Made by a program: the position numbers and the translations under genes. A model generated the notes under the pieces. That model did not search any database and was not told the origin of the DNA. It was given only the letters and a program-made list of their open reading frames with translations. From Anaeramoeba ignava BMAN (taxonomy: Eukaryota > Protista > Anaeramoebae), in the NCBI GenBank assembly GCA_028826165.1, contig JAPDFW010000103.1, positions 969,943 through 1,033,942 of the forward strand: a stretch of 64,000 bases of DNA, written 5' to 3'. How positions within the stretch are numbered: position 1 is the stretch's first letter; each line of letters begins with the position of its first letter. This document shows positions 1 through 11,863 of the stretch, in pieces.

Positions 1-164
1 TTAAAATTAAAATTAAAATTAAAATTAAAATTAAAATTAAAAATTAAAATTAAGTTTAGACTGCGAAGTTATGTAAGAATTCATTGAGATTTTCATTTTA
101 AATTTAATTAAAATTAAAAATTAAAATTAAAAAATAAATTTTTCATTTTTTTTCATTTTTAAAA

Positions 165-1910
165 ATGAATGAAATTATATTTTTTGGTCAAAATAATAAC
201 CCAAAACTTTTCGAAAATGAAACAGATAAAATAACAAAACCAATTCAATTTAAATTTGAAAATGAAAATGAAAATGAAAAACAAATTAAACAAATTTCAT
301 CATCAACTTTTTCAACAATTTTCCTTTTTGAAAATGGAAAAGCAATAGAATATTTAAATGAAAATTATTCAAAGCAAAATCTTCAAAAAATCCAAATTGA
401 AAAAAATATTCAAAAAATAACTGTTGGTTGGCAAAATGAAGCTATTTTAACAATAGAAGGAAATGTATTTGCCAAAGGGTTAAATATTGATTCAGAAAAC
501 CCAAATAAATTTATCAATATTTCATCATTAATTGAAGATACAAATGATAGAATAATTGAAGATATTGTTTCTGGAGCTCAATCAATTTACTTATTAACTT
601 CAAATCAAAATGTTTATGGAATTGGTGATAATTTTAATCATCAACTTGGAGTTGATTCTGAAACACTTGATAAAACAAAAAAACCAATTTTAATGATGAA
701 AAATGTTTCTAAAATATTTTCAGGAAATATATCTTATCATGTTTTTCTTTTAAATTCAAATCAAGAATTATTTGTATGCGGATTCAATCAATGGGGCCAA
801 CTTGGATTAGGAGAATCAAGAAAAGAAGAATCAAAAATCTATAAATTAACTCAAATACAAAATATTCCAAAAGGCAAAATAATTGATGTTCAATGTGGAC
901 TTTTTTATTCAATAATTTTGATTGAAAATGAAGAAGCAAAAAGAAAAGTTTATTCATGTGGAAATTATCAATATAATGGACTTGGAAAAAATGAAAATAC
1001 TTATGAATTTACTGAAATCAAATCATCTTTATTTGAAAATGATTATATTCTTAAAATTTTTTGTGGAAATAGACATACTTTTATTTTAACTTCCAATTCA
1101 AAATTAATAGGATTTGGAGCTAATTTTTATGGTCAATTAGGAACTGGAAATACGAAAGATCAAACAATTCCAATTCAAATTGAACTTCCTAAATTAAGAT
1201 TTAATGAAAATATTTCTAATTATCATGTTTCTTGTGGAGATTCCAAATCATTTCTTTATTATTCTCCTTTTCTTTCTCCTTTCTCCAATCTTGAAGAAGA
1301 TTTGATAAAATTATTTAGAAGAAAAGAGTTTTGTGATATTTCATTTAAAACAGAAAATGGAGAAATAATTGAAGCTCATAAATTAATATTGAAATACAGA
1401 TTAAATCAAAATCAAATTGAAAAACTTAAAGAAATTATTTCAAAAAAATCAATAAAAGAATCAAATCAAATATTTGAAATGATTTATTCAAACAGAATTA
1501 TAAATCCAAAATTATATTCCGAAATTAAAGAAATTATAAATTCAAATGAAAAAATTGAAGAAACAATTAAAAGAATTTATTTAAATGAAAATGAAAAAGA
1601 TTTTATTATTGAAAGAAAAGAAAAACAATATAAATTTCCTAAATTAATATTAATAATGAGAAGTGAATTATATCGAGGAATGTTTTTATCTGTAACAAAT
1701 GATACTTCTAATAAAGTTAGAGATTATAGTGAATTAAGTAATAAATCATTTCAAATATTTGAATATTGGATTTATTCAAATCAAATCAAAAAAGGAATTA
1801 AAATTACACAAGAAATCATCAATGAAATTAAAATTGGAATTGATTATTTTCAATTAAATCAAACATATCCAAATTTATTTGATTTATTAATTAACAAATT
1901 TAATAATTAA
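165..1910 (+). CDS. RCC1-repeat beta-propeller + C-terminal BTB/POZ-like domain protein
   Basis: Intronless 581-aa ORF with RCC1 motifs (GFNQWGQLGLG, GANFYGQLGTG, CGNRHTFIL) and BTB-like segments (FCDISF...IEAHKLILKYR; FPKLILIMRSELYRGMF). Confidence 0.9.
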   Translation: MNEIIFFGQNNNPKLFENETDKITKPIQFKFENENENEKQIKQISSSTFSTIFLFENGKAIEYLNENYSKQNLQKIQIEKNIQKITVGWQNEAILTIEGNVFAKGLNIDSENPNKFINISSLIEDTNDRIIEDIVSGAQSIYLLTSNQNVYGIGDNFNHQLGVDSETLDKTKKPILMMKNVSKIFSGNISYHVFLLNSNQELFVCGFNQWGQLGLGESRKEESKIYKLTQIQNIPKGKIIDVQCGLFYSIILIENEEAKRKVYSCGNYQYNGLGKNENTYEFTEIKSSLFENDYILKIFCGNRHTFILTSNSKLIGFGANFYGQLGTGNTKDQTIPIQIELPKLRFNENISNYHVSCGDSKSFLYYSPFLSPFSNLEEDLIKLFRRKEFCDISFKTENGEIIEAHKLILKYRLNQNQIEKLKEIISKKSIKESNQIFEMIYSNRIINPKLYSEIKEIINSNEKIEETIKRIYLNENEKDFIIERKEKQYKFPKLILIMRSELYRGMFLSVTNDTSNKVRDYSELSNKSFQIFEYWIYSNQIKKGIKITQEIINEIKIGIDYFQLNQTYPNLFDLLINKFNN

Positions 1911-2178
1911 AATTAAAATTAAAATTAAAATCAAAATTAAAATTAAAATTAAAATCAAAATTAAAATTAAAATTAAAATTAAATCAAAATTAAAATTAAA
2001 ATTAAAAATTAAAATTAAAATCAAAATTAAAATTAAATCAAACAAATTCAAATTTATTTGATTTATTAATTATGAAATTTAATAATAAAAAAGGAAAAAA
2101 AATAATAAAAAAGGGAAAAAATAAGTTTTTAAACAAAATTGAGAAAATAAATTGTTTTCATTTTTTGTTTTTTCAAAA

Positions 2179-4029
2179 ATGAATGAAGTTTTATTTTTGG
2201 GTGAAAATGAATATCCAAAACTTTTCAAAAATGATCCAAATGAAATAACAAATGCAATTCAATTTAAATTTGAAAATGAAAATGAAAATGAAAATGAAAA
2301 ACAAATTAAACAAATTTCATCAGGAAGTTTTTCAACAATTTTCCTTTTTGAAAATGGAAAAGCAATAGAATATTTAAATCGAGAAGATCCAAATCAAAAT
2401 CCTCATAAAATTCAAATTGAAAATATTCAAAAAGTAACTGTTGGTTGGCAAAATGAAGCTATTTTAACAATAGAAGGAAATGTATTTGCCAAAGGAAAAG
2501 ATATTAATCCAAATAATCCAAAAGAATTTATCAATATTTCATCATTAATTGAAGATACAAATGATAGAACAGTTCAAGATATTGTTTCTGGATACAATTC
2601 AATTTACTTATTAACTTCAAATCAAAATGCTTATGGAATTGGTTCAAATAGATCTGACCAACTTGGTGTTGATTCTAAAATACTTAAAGAAACAGAAAAA
2701 CCAATTTTAATGATGAAAAATGTTTCTAAAGTATTTTCAGGAAATACTTCAAATCGTGTTTTTCTTTTAAATTCAAATCAAGAATTATTTGGATCAGGAT
2801 ATAATCAATGGGGCCAACTTGGATTAGGAAAATCAAGAAAAGAAGCAAAAATCCAAGAACTAACACAAATCCAAAATATTCCAAAAGGCAAAATAATTGA
2901 TATTAAAGGAGGAAATATTCATTCAATAATGCTGATTGAAGAAGAAGATGAAAATGAAAATCCAAAAAGAAAACTTTATTCATGTGGAAGTGCTATATCT
3001 AATGGGCTTGGCAAAAAATTTGGAGAAGATACTTATGAATTTACTGAACTCAAATCACCTTTATTCAGAGATGATAATATTATTGAAATTGATATTGGAT
3101 TTTTGCATACTTTGATTTTAACATATAAGAGAAAATTAATTGGATTTGGTGGCAGTATGAGTGGTCAATTAGGAAATGGAAAAACATCCCCAAATGTATT
3201 CAAACCAATTGAAATTGAACTTCCTGAATTATCATTTGATCGTTTCAATTATCATATTTGTATTGGAGCTAATAAATCATTTCTTTATTATTCTCCTTCT
3301 CTTTCTTTTTCCAATCTTGAAGAAGATTTGAGAAAATTATTTCAAAGAAAAGAGTTTTGTGATATTTCATTTAAAACAAAAAATGGAGAAATAATTGAAG
3401 CTCATAAATTAATATTGAAATATAGATTAAATCAAAATCAAAATCAAATTGAAAAACTTAAAGAAATTATTTCAAAAAAATCAATTAAAGAATCAAATCA
3501 AATATTTGAAATGATTTATTCAAACAAAATCACAAATCCAATATTATATTCTGAAATTAAAGAAATTATAAATTCCAATGAAAAAATTGAAGAAACAATG
3601 AAAAGAATTTATTTAAATGAAAATGAAAAAGATTTTATAATTGAAAGAAAAGAAAAACAATATAAATTCCCTAAATTAATATTAATAATGAGAAGTGAAT
3701 TATATCGAGGAATGTTTTTATCTGTAACAAATGATACTTCTAATAAAGTTACAGATTATAGTGAATTAAGTAATAAATCATTTGAAATATTTGAATATTG
3801 GATTTATTCAAATCAAATTAAAGAAGATATTCAAATTACACAAGAAATCATCAATGAAATTAAAATTGGAATTGATTATTTTCAATTAAATCAAACATAT
3901 CCAAATTTATTTGATTTATTAATTATGGAATTTAATAATCAAAAAAACAAAGCTTTTGAAGAACAATTAAAATCAAGCCCAGAATTATCAATATTATTCG
4001 ATTTATTAATGAAATTGGCATATAATTGA
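2179..4029 (+). CDS. RCC1-repeat + BTB/POZ-like protein, tandem paralogue of 165..1910
   Basis: ATG at 2179 (MNEVLF) aligns with the paralogue start. Same RCC1 motifs and a near-identical BTB half. Confidence 0.9.
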   Translation: MNEVLFLGENEYPKLFKNDPNEITNAIQFKFENENENENEKQIKQISSGSFSTIFLFENGKAIEYLNREDPNQNPHKIQIENIQKVTVGWQNEAILTIEGNVFAKGKDINPNNPKEFINISSLIEDTNDRTVQDIVSGYNSIYLLTSNQNAYGIGSNRSDQLGVDSKILKETEKPILMMKNVSKVFSGNTSNRVFLLNSNQELFGSGYNQWGQLGLGKSRKEAKIQELTQIQNIPKGKIIDIKGGNIHSIMLIEEEDENENPKRKLYSCGSAISNGLGKKFGEDTYEFTELKSPLFRDDNIIEIDIGFLHTLILTYKRKLIGFGGSMSGQLGNGKTSPNVFKPIEIELPELSFDRFNYHICIGANKSFLYYSPSLSFSNLEEDLRKLFQRKEFCDISFKTKNGEIIEAHKLILKYRLNQNQNQIEKLKEIISKKSIKESNQIFEMIYSNKITNPILYSEIKEIINSNEKIEETMKRIYLNENEKDFIIERKEKQYKFPKLILIMRSELYRGMFLSVTNDTSNKVTDYSELSNKSFEIFEYWIYSNQIKEDIQITQEIINEIKIGIDYFQLNQTYPNLFDLLIMEFNNQKNKAFEEQLKSSPELSILFDLLMKLAYN

Positions 4030-4488
4030 AAATCAAAAATAAGCAAAAAATTAAAATCAAAAAAAGAAATATTTTTTCTCCTTTCTTTTTTTTAATTCTC
4101 ATTTTAAAATCTTATTGAATGAAGATGGCAAATGAAATAAAAAAAAAAATAAAACAAAAAGAAATTAACCATCATTAGTTATTTTTTCTTTACAGTTTAA
4201 ATTATTATTATTATTATTATTTAAAAGAAGATCAACTATTTGATCAATTTAAATAAAAAAAAAAAAATTTTTTTTTGATGGTAAAAAATACTTGAAAATT
4301 ATAAAAACAAAAAAAGAAAAGCAAAGAAAAAATCTAAAAAAGAAAAAAATCTAAAATAAATTATGTAAATTTCTAATTTAGATTCCAATCATTTTCCAAA
4401 CCATTTTTTAAAAGAAATGAAAAGAAAAAAAAAAATTCATTTTTTCATTTTTCATTTTTTCATTTTTTCATTTTTTATTTTTATTTAA

Positions 4489-7400
4489 ATGAGTAACCAA
4501 AAAAGAATTAGAAGATCAAATAAGCATTTACATCAAGAAACAACAACTCCAGATGAAAGAAGTTTAAGTCAAAAAAGAACAGAAAACAAAGGGTAAATTT
4601 TACAAATTTTTAGATTCATTTATAAAATTAAAATTAAAATTAATATTAAAATTAGAATTAAAATTAAAATTAAAATTTAAATTAAAATTAAAATTCATTT
4701 ATAAAATTAAAAATTAAAATTCATTTATAAAATTAAAATTAAAATTAGAATTAAAATTAAAATTAAAATTAAAATTAAAATTAAAATTAGAATTAAAATT
4801 AAAATTAAAATTAAAATTAAAATTAAAATTAAAATTAAAATTAAATTAAAATTAAAATTAAAATTAAAATTAAAATTAAAATTCATTTATAAAATTAAAA
4901 TTCATTTATAAAATTAAAATTATAATTAAAATTAAAATCAAAATTAAAATTAAAATTAGAATTAAAATTAGAATTTAAAATCAAAATTAAAATTAAAATC
5001 AAAATTAAAATTAAAATTAAAATTAAAATTAAAATTAAAATTTAAAATTAAATTAAAATTAAAATTAAAATTAGAATTAGAATTTTAATATTAAAATTAA
5101 AATTAAAATTAAAATTAGAATTAGAATTAAAATTCATTTATAAAATCAAAATAAATTAAAATTCATTTATAAAATTAAAATTAAAATCAAAATCAAAATT
5201 AAAATTAAAATTAAAATTAAAATTAGAATCAAAATTAGAATTAGAATCAAAATTAGAATTAAAATTCATTTATAAAATTAAAATTAAAATTAGAATTAGA
5301 ATTAAAATTAAAATTAAAATACAAATTAAAATTAAAATTAAAATTAAAATTTAAATTGATTTAGAAAGAAAAAAACTAAAAATAGAGTGCAATATTGGCC
5401 AGCAAAAAGAAAATCAATTTTTCGAAAAATTGTTACACCTTCTCATGTTGGTCCTACAATTAAATTTAATATTATCAAAATTAATTCTTATGGAAAAAAA
5501 CAAAGAAGGTTTTTATAATTATAATTTTCAATTTAAAATCAAAATTTAAAATCACATATTTTTGAATAAATTAGAGCAATTACTTTATCTAAAAGAGGAT
5601 TAAGTAATATTAGTGGAAAAAGTACAAAATGGTTTATAAATTCAAGAGATATTTATGGGTATTTAAAAATTAAAATTAAAATTAAAATTAAAATTAAAAT
5701 TAAAATCAAAATTAAAATTTAAATTCATTTATAGAATTATAATTAAAATCAAAATTAAATTTAAAATTAAAATCGAAATTAAAATTAAAATCAAAATTAA
5801 ATTTAAAATTAAAATTAAAATTAACATTAATATTAAAATTAAAATTAAAATTAAAATTAAAAATTAAAATTAAAATTAAAATTAAAATTAAAATTAAAAT
5901 TAAAATTAAATTTAAAATTAAAATTCATTTATAAAATTAAAATTAAAATTAAAATTAAAATTAAAATCAAAATTAAAATTAAAATTAAAATTAAAATTAA
6001 AATTTAAATTAAAATTAAAATTAAAATTAAAATCAAAATTAAAATCAAAATTAAAATTAAAATTCATTTATAAAATTAAAATTAAAATTCAAATTAAAAT
6101 TAAAAATTAAAATTAAAATTAAAATTCATTTATAAAATTTATTTCAAAATTAAAATTAAAAGAATAAAAAGATCAAGAAATAGAAAAAGATTTACTTTAG
6201 TTGCATTCCATAGATATCATTTCCAATGCCAAAACGAAGGACAAGCAAATGAAATACTTACATTATTTAAGAAATTAAACCTTTTTCATACACAACAAAA
6301 TATAACTGATAGTAATTCTGATTCAAGTGATTATGAATCAAGTGATGAAGATTCTGATGAAGAAATTAATGAAAATATTCCTGAAGTTGAGAAAAAAAAA
6401 AGATTTAGTTGGAGAAGACGTTCCAAAAAAATACAAGTAGAAGAACCTGAAAAAATTGAACAAGATTCATTTGAAATTTTAAAAATGATTGGAAAAGGAA
6501 GTTTTGGAAAAGTAAAAAATAAATTGGATTAAAAAGAAAAAAAAGCAAAAAAATCATTTGCTTTTTTTTTTTAATTTGGTTCAATTTATTTTCTTATTGA
6601 ATTTTTTTTTTCTTTTAAGGTTTATTTAGTTCGTAAAAAAGACAATCAAAAACTTTATGCAATGAAAATTCTAGTTAAATCAGAACTTTATAGAAGAAAA
6701 CAAATTGAACACACAAAAACTGAACAAAGAGTTCTTGCTTCTTTAGATCATCCTTTTATAGTGAAACTTCATCATTCTTTTCAAACGAAATTTAAACTAT
6801 ATTTAATTTTAGATTATGTTCAAGGAGGAGAATTATTTTTTCATTTAAAAAGGTAAAACAATTAATAAATATTAAAAAAAATTCAATATAAATTCAATAT
6901 AAATTTAATAAATATTTAATATAAATTTAATATAAATATTTAATAAAAATATTTAATATAAATTTAATATAAATATTAATATAAATAATTAATATAAATA
7001 TTTAATAAATATTCAATATAAAAATTTAATAAATATTCAATATATAAATATTTAGAGCTGGCCAAAAAAGATTCCCACAAGAACTAGCAGTCTTTTACGT
7101 CGCAGAAATAGTTCTCGCAATTGAATATTTACACCAAAAAGATATTGTTTATCGAGACTTAAAACCTGAAAATATTCTTTTAGAATCAAACGGTCACATC
7201 AAGATCACAGATTTTGGTCTGTCCAAAGAAGGAATCGTAAGCAACGATGGAAAAACAGAGGGAGAAAAAGCAACAACAATTTGCGGAACTGCAGAATATC
7301 TTGCACCAGAAGTAATCACCTCTGAAGGTCATGGAAAGGCTGTTGATTGGTGGTCAGTCGGTATTTTAATTTATGAAATGCTGGTTGGAAATCCTCCTTT

Positions 7401-7992
7401 TTATTCAGAAAACCGCAACGAAATGTTCATGAAAGCAATTCAAGCAAAACCCCCAATTCCAGACTTCCTCAGCGAAGAAGCAAAGGATATTATCCGCAAA
7501 CTCCTCACAAGATCTCCTGCTTTAAGACTGGGCGCAAACGGAACTCATGAAATTAAATCTCATCCTTTTTTCAAAAATATTGATTGGGAGCTTCTTTCTC
7601 AAAAAAGACTTGATCCTCCTTTCAAACCCAAAATACCTGTAAATTTCTTTTTTTCTTTTTTAAAAAAAAATTTCCCTAATTCTCAAAAAAGTTCTCATTT
7701 TTTTTAATTTGTTTTTTTTTTCATTTATTTTTATTAATAGGAAAATGACCCAAGTGATACTAGTTGTTTTGATTCAAGATTTACTACTTTTAAATCAGAA
7801 GATGATCAAACAGAAACAAATAATGTTGATGCTTATTTACTTGCAAATCTTTTTCCTCATTTTTCTTTTTCAAGGAAAGAAGAAAATAATGAGGATCAAG
7901 ATGACAATTCAGATTTTTATGTCAATTCCAATTCAAATCCAAATTCTGATTCTGATTCTGATACAGATTCTGATTTTCATGTTAAAAATTGA
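4489..7992 (+). CDS. AGC-family Ser/Thr kinase (Akt/SGK/S6K-like) with N-terminal PH-like domain, 7 exons
   Basis: Exons ~4489-4592, 5365-5508, 5575-5658, 6163-6511, 6620-6852, 7056-7638 and 7741-7992 join in frame through GT-AG introns. Motifs: GKGSFGKV, YAMK, YRDLKPEN, DFG, TICGTAEYLAPE, PPFKP, and the hydrophobic motif FPHFSF. Confidence 0.9.
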
Positions 7993-8112
7993 AACTTATT
8001 ATTTTTCATTTATTTTTTCATTTTTAAATTGAAATAATAATTTATATTTTTGTTTTTTTGTTTTTTTGTTTTTTTTGATTGTTGAATTTGAAATTAAAAA
8101 TGAAAGATCATT

Positions 8113-9705
8113 TTATTCCATTCTTTTCTTAAAAAAGAAAATTGAACCAAAATCCAAAATTAAAAAAAGCAAATAAAGAAAACTGAAAAAAAAATATAAG
8201 GAAATTTGTTGTGAATTTTCGAAATAAATTGGAATTGTAATCAAACAAATAAGATGAACACAAAAATAAATGATTACAATTAATCTAAGCAAAAATAAAT
8301 CTATTACACCTGTTAAATTTTGAAGAATAGCTGAACCACAACATTCCAAAAAAAATTCCAAATAAAGAGGAATAAAAACAATTCCATATTTCCATTTGAT
8401 TGTTTCATCCATTCTTAATCCTAAAAAAAGGAAGAATAAAAAAAAGAAAAAAAGTAGAAAAATTGGAAAAATTCCAAGATTTCCAAATTCCATATTTTGG
8501 ATTGTAATCAAAAGAAAAATTCCCATGAAAACCAAAAATACAAGAAGAGGAATGAAAACAACAATCCAATTCCAATGAATATAATCATCCACTCTTAGTG
8601 CAATAAAAATCACTTGAAGAATCGAGAATAGAGTTAAAATTCTTGAAGGGAATTCGAAAAAATCAGAAATATCATTAATTTCAAAAATCTCCAAATGCAC
8701 TAGACATACACTGATAAATCAAATCAATCAAAAATATCACAAAAAATCCAAATAAAGGAATCAAAATCAAAAGACTCAAATAGATCAATTTGTAATCAAT
8801 TTTCTTCTCAATTTTGAGATGAATCATAACTAAAAATACTGTAGATCCAAAAGATAATAAAATGAGTAAAATAGGAGTCAAGAAAGCTTCGCTTTTATCC
8901 TCGAAAATGCTTCTTTTTAAATCAAATTTTTGATTTCTTTTGGATTTTTCTTGTTCAAGTTTTTCTTCCAAAAAAATTTCATAAATTTCTTTTCCTTTTT
9001 CAATCATTTCTTCTTTTGGATTCTCCAAAGAATCTATATATTCAATTCTTTCTTGTTTCGAAGATTGAATAATTGGTCGATTTCTCCCTGAAGAATTTTG
9101 TTTTGTTGATTCATCCACTATAAAATTATTGAAATATTTTGATTGCTCTTTTTTTCTTTTTGCTTTCATTTTTTCCCTATTTTTTTCATTTCCATTTTTC
9201 AATGAAAATGTTTCAAATTTTGGATTGTTCCAACTTTGAAATCCAACAATTTCATTTGTATAAGAATCTCTTTGAATATAATCATAAATGAAAAATTTTT
9301 GATATGATTTTGCAATTCTTCTCCAAGTTTCTTGATCGTTACAAATGTCTTGAAAAGAACTACAAGTCATTCCAAATTTTATGAAGTCACCAGGTGATAA
9401 ATATTCACAAATCATAAACAAAACTAATTTTTTTTAAATAAATTTAAAAGAAAATTATTTTGGAATTTTTTTTTCAAACAATTTTTCCATTAATTACTTT
9501 CTAAAGGAAGTTTTTCAATTATCAAATTCGGTTCTGTTGGTGAAATTTGATTATTTTTGTTCGATTCCAAATATTTTCCATTTTTTATTAACTCTATGGC
9601 GTTTTTAGGAATTATTATAACTCCTTTACTTTTATAAATTTTTAAATGGAAACGTGTTTCAATATTTTCTGTTGATTTCAAATTTCGCTTAATAGATTTT
9701 CTCAT
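8113..9705 (-). CDS. F-box + TMEM185/FAM11-like multi-pass membrane protein
   Basis: Exon 9705-9498 splices to 9423, giving the F-box LPLEILFMICEYLSPGDFIKFGMTC...W. The C-terminal TM region has WNWIVVFIPL and WKYGIVFIPL repeats. A 1-nt frameshift in a homopolymer near 8685 is probably a consensus error. Confidence 0.7.
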
Positions 9706-9904
9706 TTTATTTTCACAAAGAAAAAAAATGAAAAAAATTTCGAATAAAAAAACTCCATTTTTTTTTTCAATTTCAATCCAAATTATCAACATTTAATTAC
9801 AAAATTTTTCTAAATTTTCATTTAATCTTCATTATTAATCTTAAATTATTAAAATCCAATTCATTTTTCTTTTTAAAAAATTAATAAAAAAATTGAAATA
9901 ATTT

Positions 9905-11680
9905 TATTTCAAAATTTAAATAAATAATACTAAATAATTTACTTGAAAATTGATTTTATTTTAAATTTAAATAATATTATTTATTATATTAATATTTTTA
10001 ATTATTTATTAATTCAATTTTAATTATAATAAATATTTAAAAAGTGGAATAAATATTTTAATAAAAATAAATAATTAATTTTAATAATAATTAATAATAA
10101 TTTAATTTAAATTTATTTTTATTTTTAATTTGAAATAATAATATTATTTATTATATTAATATTTTTAATTATTTATTAATTTAATTTTAATTATAATAAA
10201 AATATTTGAAAAAGTGGAATAAATAATTTAATAAAGATAAATAATTAATTTTAATAATAATTAATAATAATTTAATTTAAAATTATTTTATTTTAAATTG
10301 AAATAATAATATTATTTATTATATTAATATTTTTAATTATTTATTAATTTAATTTTAATTATAATAAAATATTTGAAAAAGTGGAATAAATATTTTAATA
10401 AAAATAAATAATTAATTTTAATAATAATTAATAATAATTTAATTTAAAATTAATTTTATTTTAAATTTAAATAATAATATTATTTATTATATTAATATTT
10501 TTAATTATTTATTAATTTAATTTTAATTATAATAAAATATTTGAAAAAGTGGAATAAATAATTTAATAAAGATAAATAATTAATTTTAATAATAATTAAT
10601 AATAATTTAATTTAAATTGATTTTTATTTTAAATTTAAATAATAATATTATTTATTATATTAATATTTTTAATTATTTATTAATTTAATTTTTAATTATA
10701 ATAAAATATTTGAAAAAGTGGAATAAATATTTTAATAAAAAATAAATAATTAATTTTAATAATAATTAATAATAATTTAATTTAGATTTGTTTTGTTTTT
10801 ATGTTTTAATGAAAGAATTTAAATTTAATTATTATTAATTTCTATTTTCAATTTTAATTATAATAAAATTTGAAAAAGTGGAATAAATATTTTAATAAAT
10901 ATAAATAATTAATTTTAATAATAATTAATAATAATTTAATTCAGATTTATTTTATTTAAAATTTAAAATAATAATATTATTTATTATATTAATATTTTTA
11001 ATTATTTATTAATTTAATTTTAATTATAATAAAATATTTGAAAAAATTATGAATAAATAATTTAATAAATATAAATAATTAATTTTAATAATAATTAATA
11101 ATAATTTAATTTAGATTTATTTTATTTTCATGTTTTAATGAAAGAATTCAAATTTAATTATTATTAATTTCTATATTTTCAATTTTAATTATAAAAAATA
11201 TTTGAAAAAAGTGGAATAAATATTTTAATAAAAAGATAAATAATTAATTTTTAATAATAATTAATAATAATTTAATTTAAAATTAATTTTATTTTAATTT
11301 AAATAATAATATTATTTATTATATTAATATTTTTAATTATTTATTAATTTAATTTTAATTATAATAAAATATTTGAAAAAGTGGAATAAATATTTTAATA
11401 AAAATAAATAATTAATTTTAATAATAATTAATAATAATTTAATTTAGATTTGTTTTATTTTTAAATTTAAATAATAATATTATTTATTATATTAATATTT
11501 TTAATTATTTATTAATTTAATTTTAATTATAATAAAATATTTGAAAAAGTGGAATAAATAATTTAATAAATATAAATAATTAATTTTAATAATAATTAAT
11601 AATAATTTAATTTAGATTTGTTTTATTTTAATGTTTTAATGAAAGAATTTAAATTTAATTATTATTAATTTCTATTTCCA
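9905..11680. repeat. ~168-bp tandem repeat (about 10 units, AAAAGTGGAATAAA marker) 3' of BTB-TLDc copy 1
   Basis: The GTGGAATAA marker recurs at ~10044, 10214, 10381, 10549, 10718, 10878, 11211, 11381 and 11549. The core is shared with the 178-bp intron unit. Confidence 0.85.
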
Positions 11681-11863
11681 ATTTTTATTTTGGTTTTTTT
11701 TTCTTTTTTTCAATTTAATCTTCTTTTTAATAATATTTTTAAATTAAAATTAAATTGTTTAAAATTAAATTTGTTTTCTTATTTATTGATTTGAAGAATT
11801 TAAATTGATTGAAAGTAAATTAAAATTGAATTAAATTTTGAAAAAAAAAATGAAAAATAGTTT

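Noticed and set aside
1-60. (TTAAAA)n as telomeric repeat
   Set aside because: The same hexamer fills introns and intergenic regions throughout the window, and nothing indicates a chromosome end.
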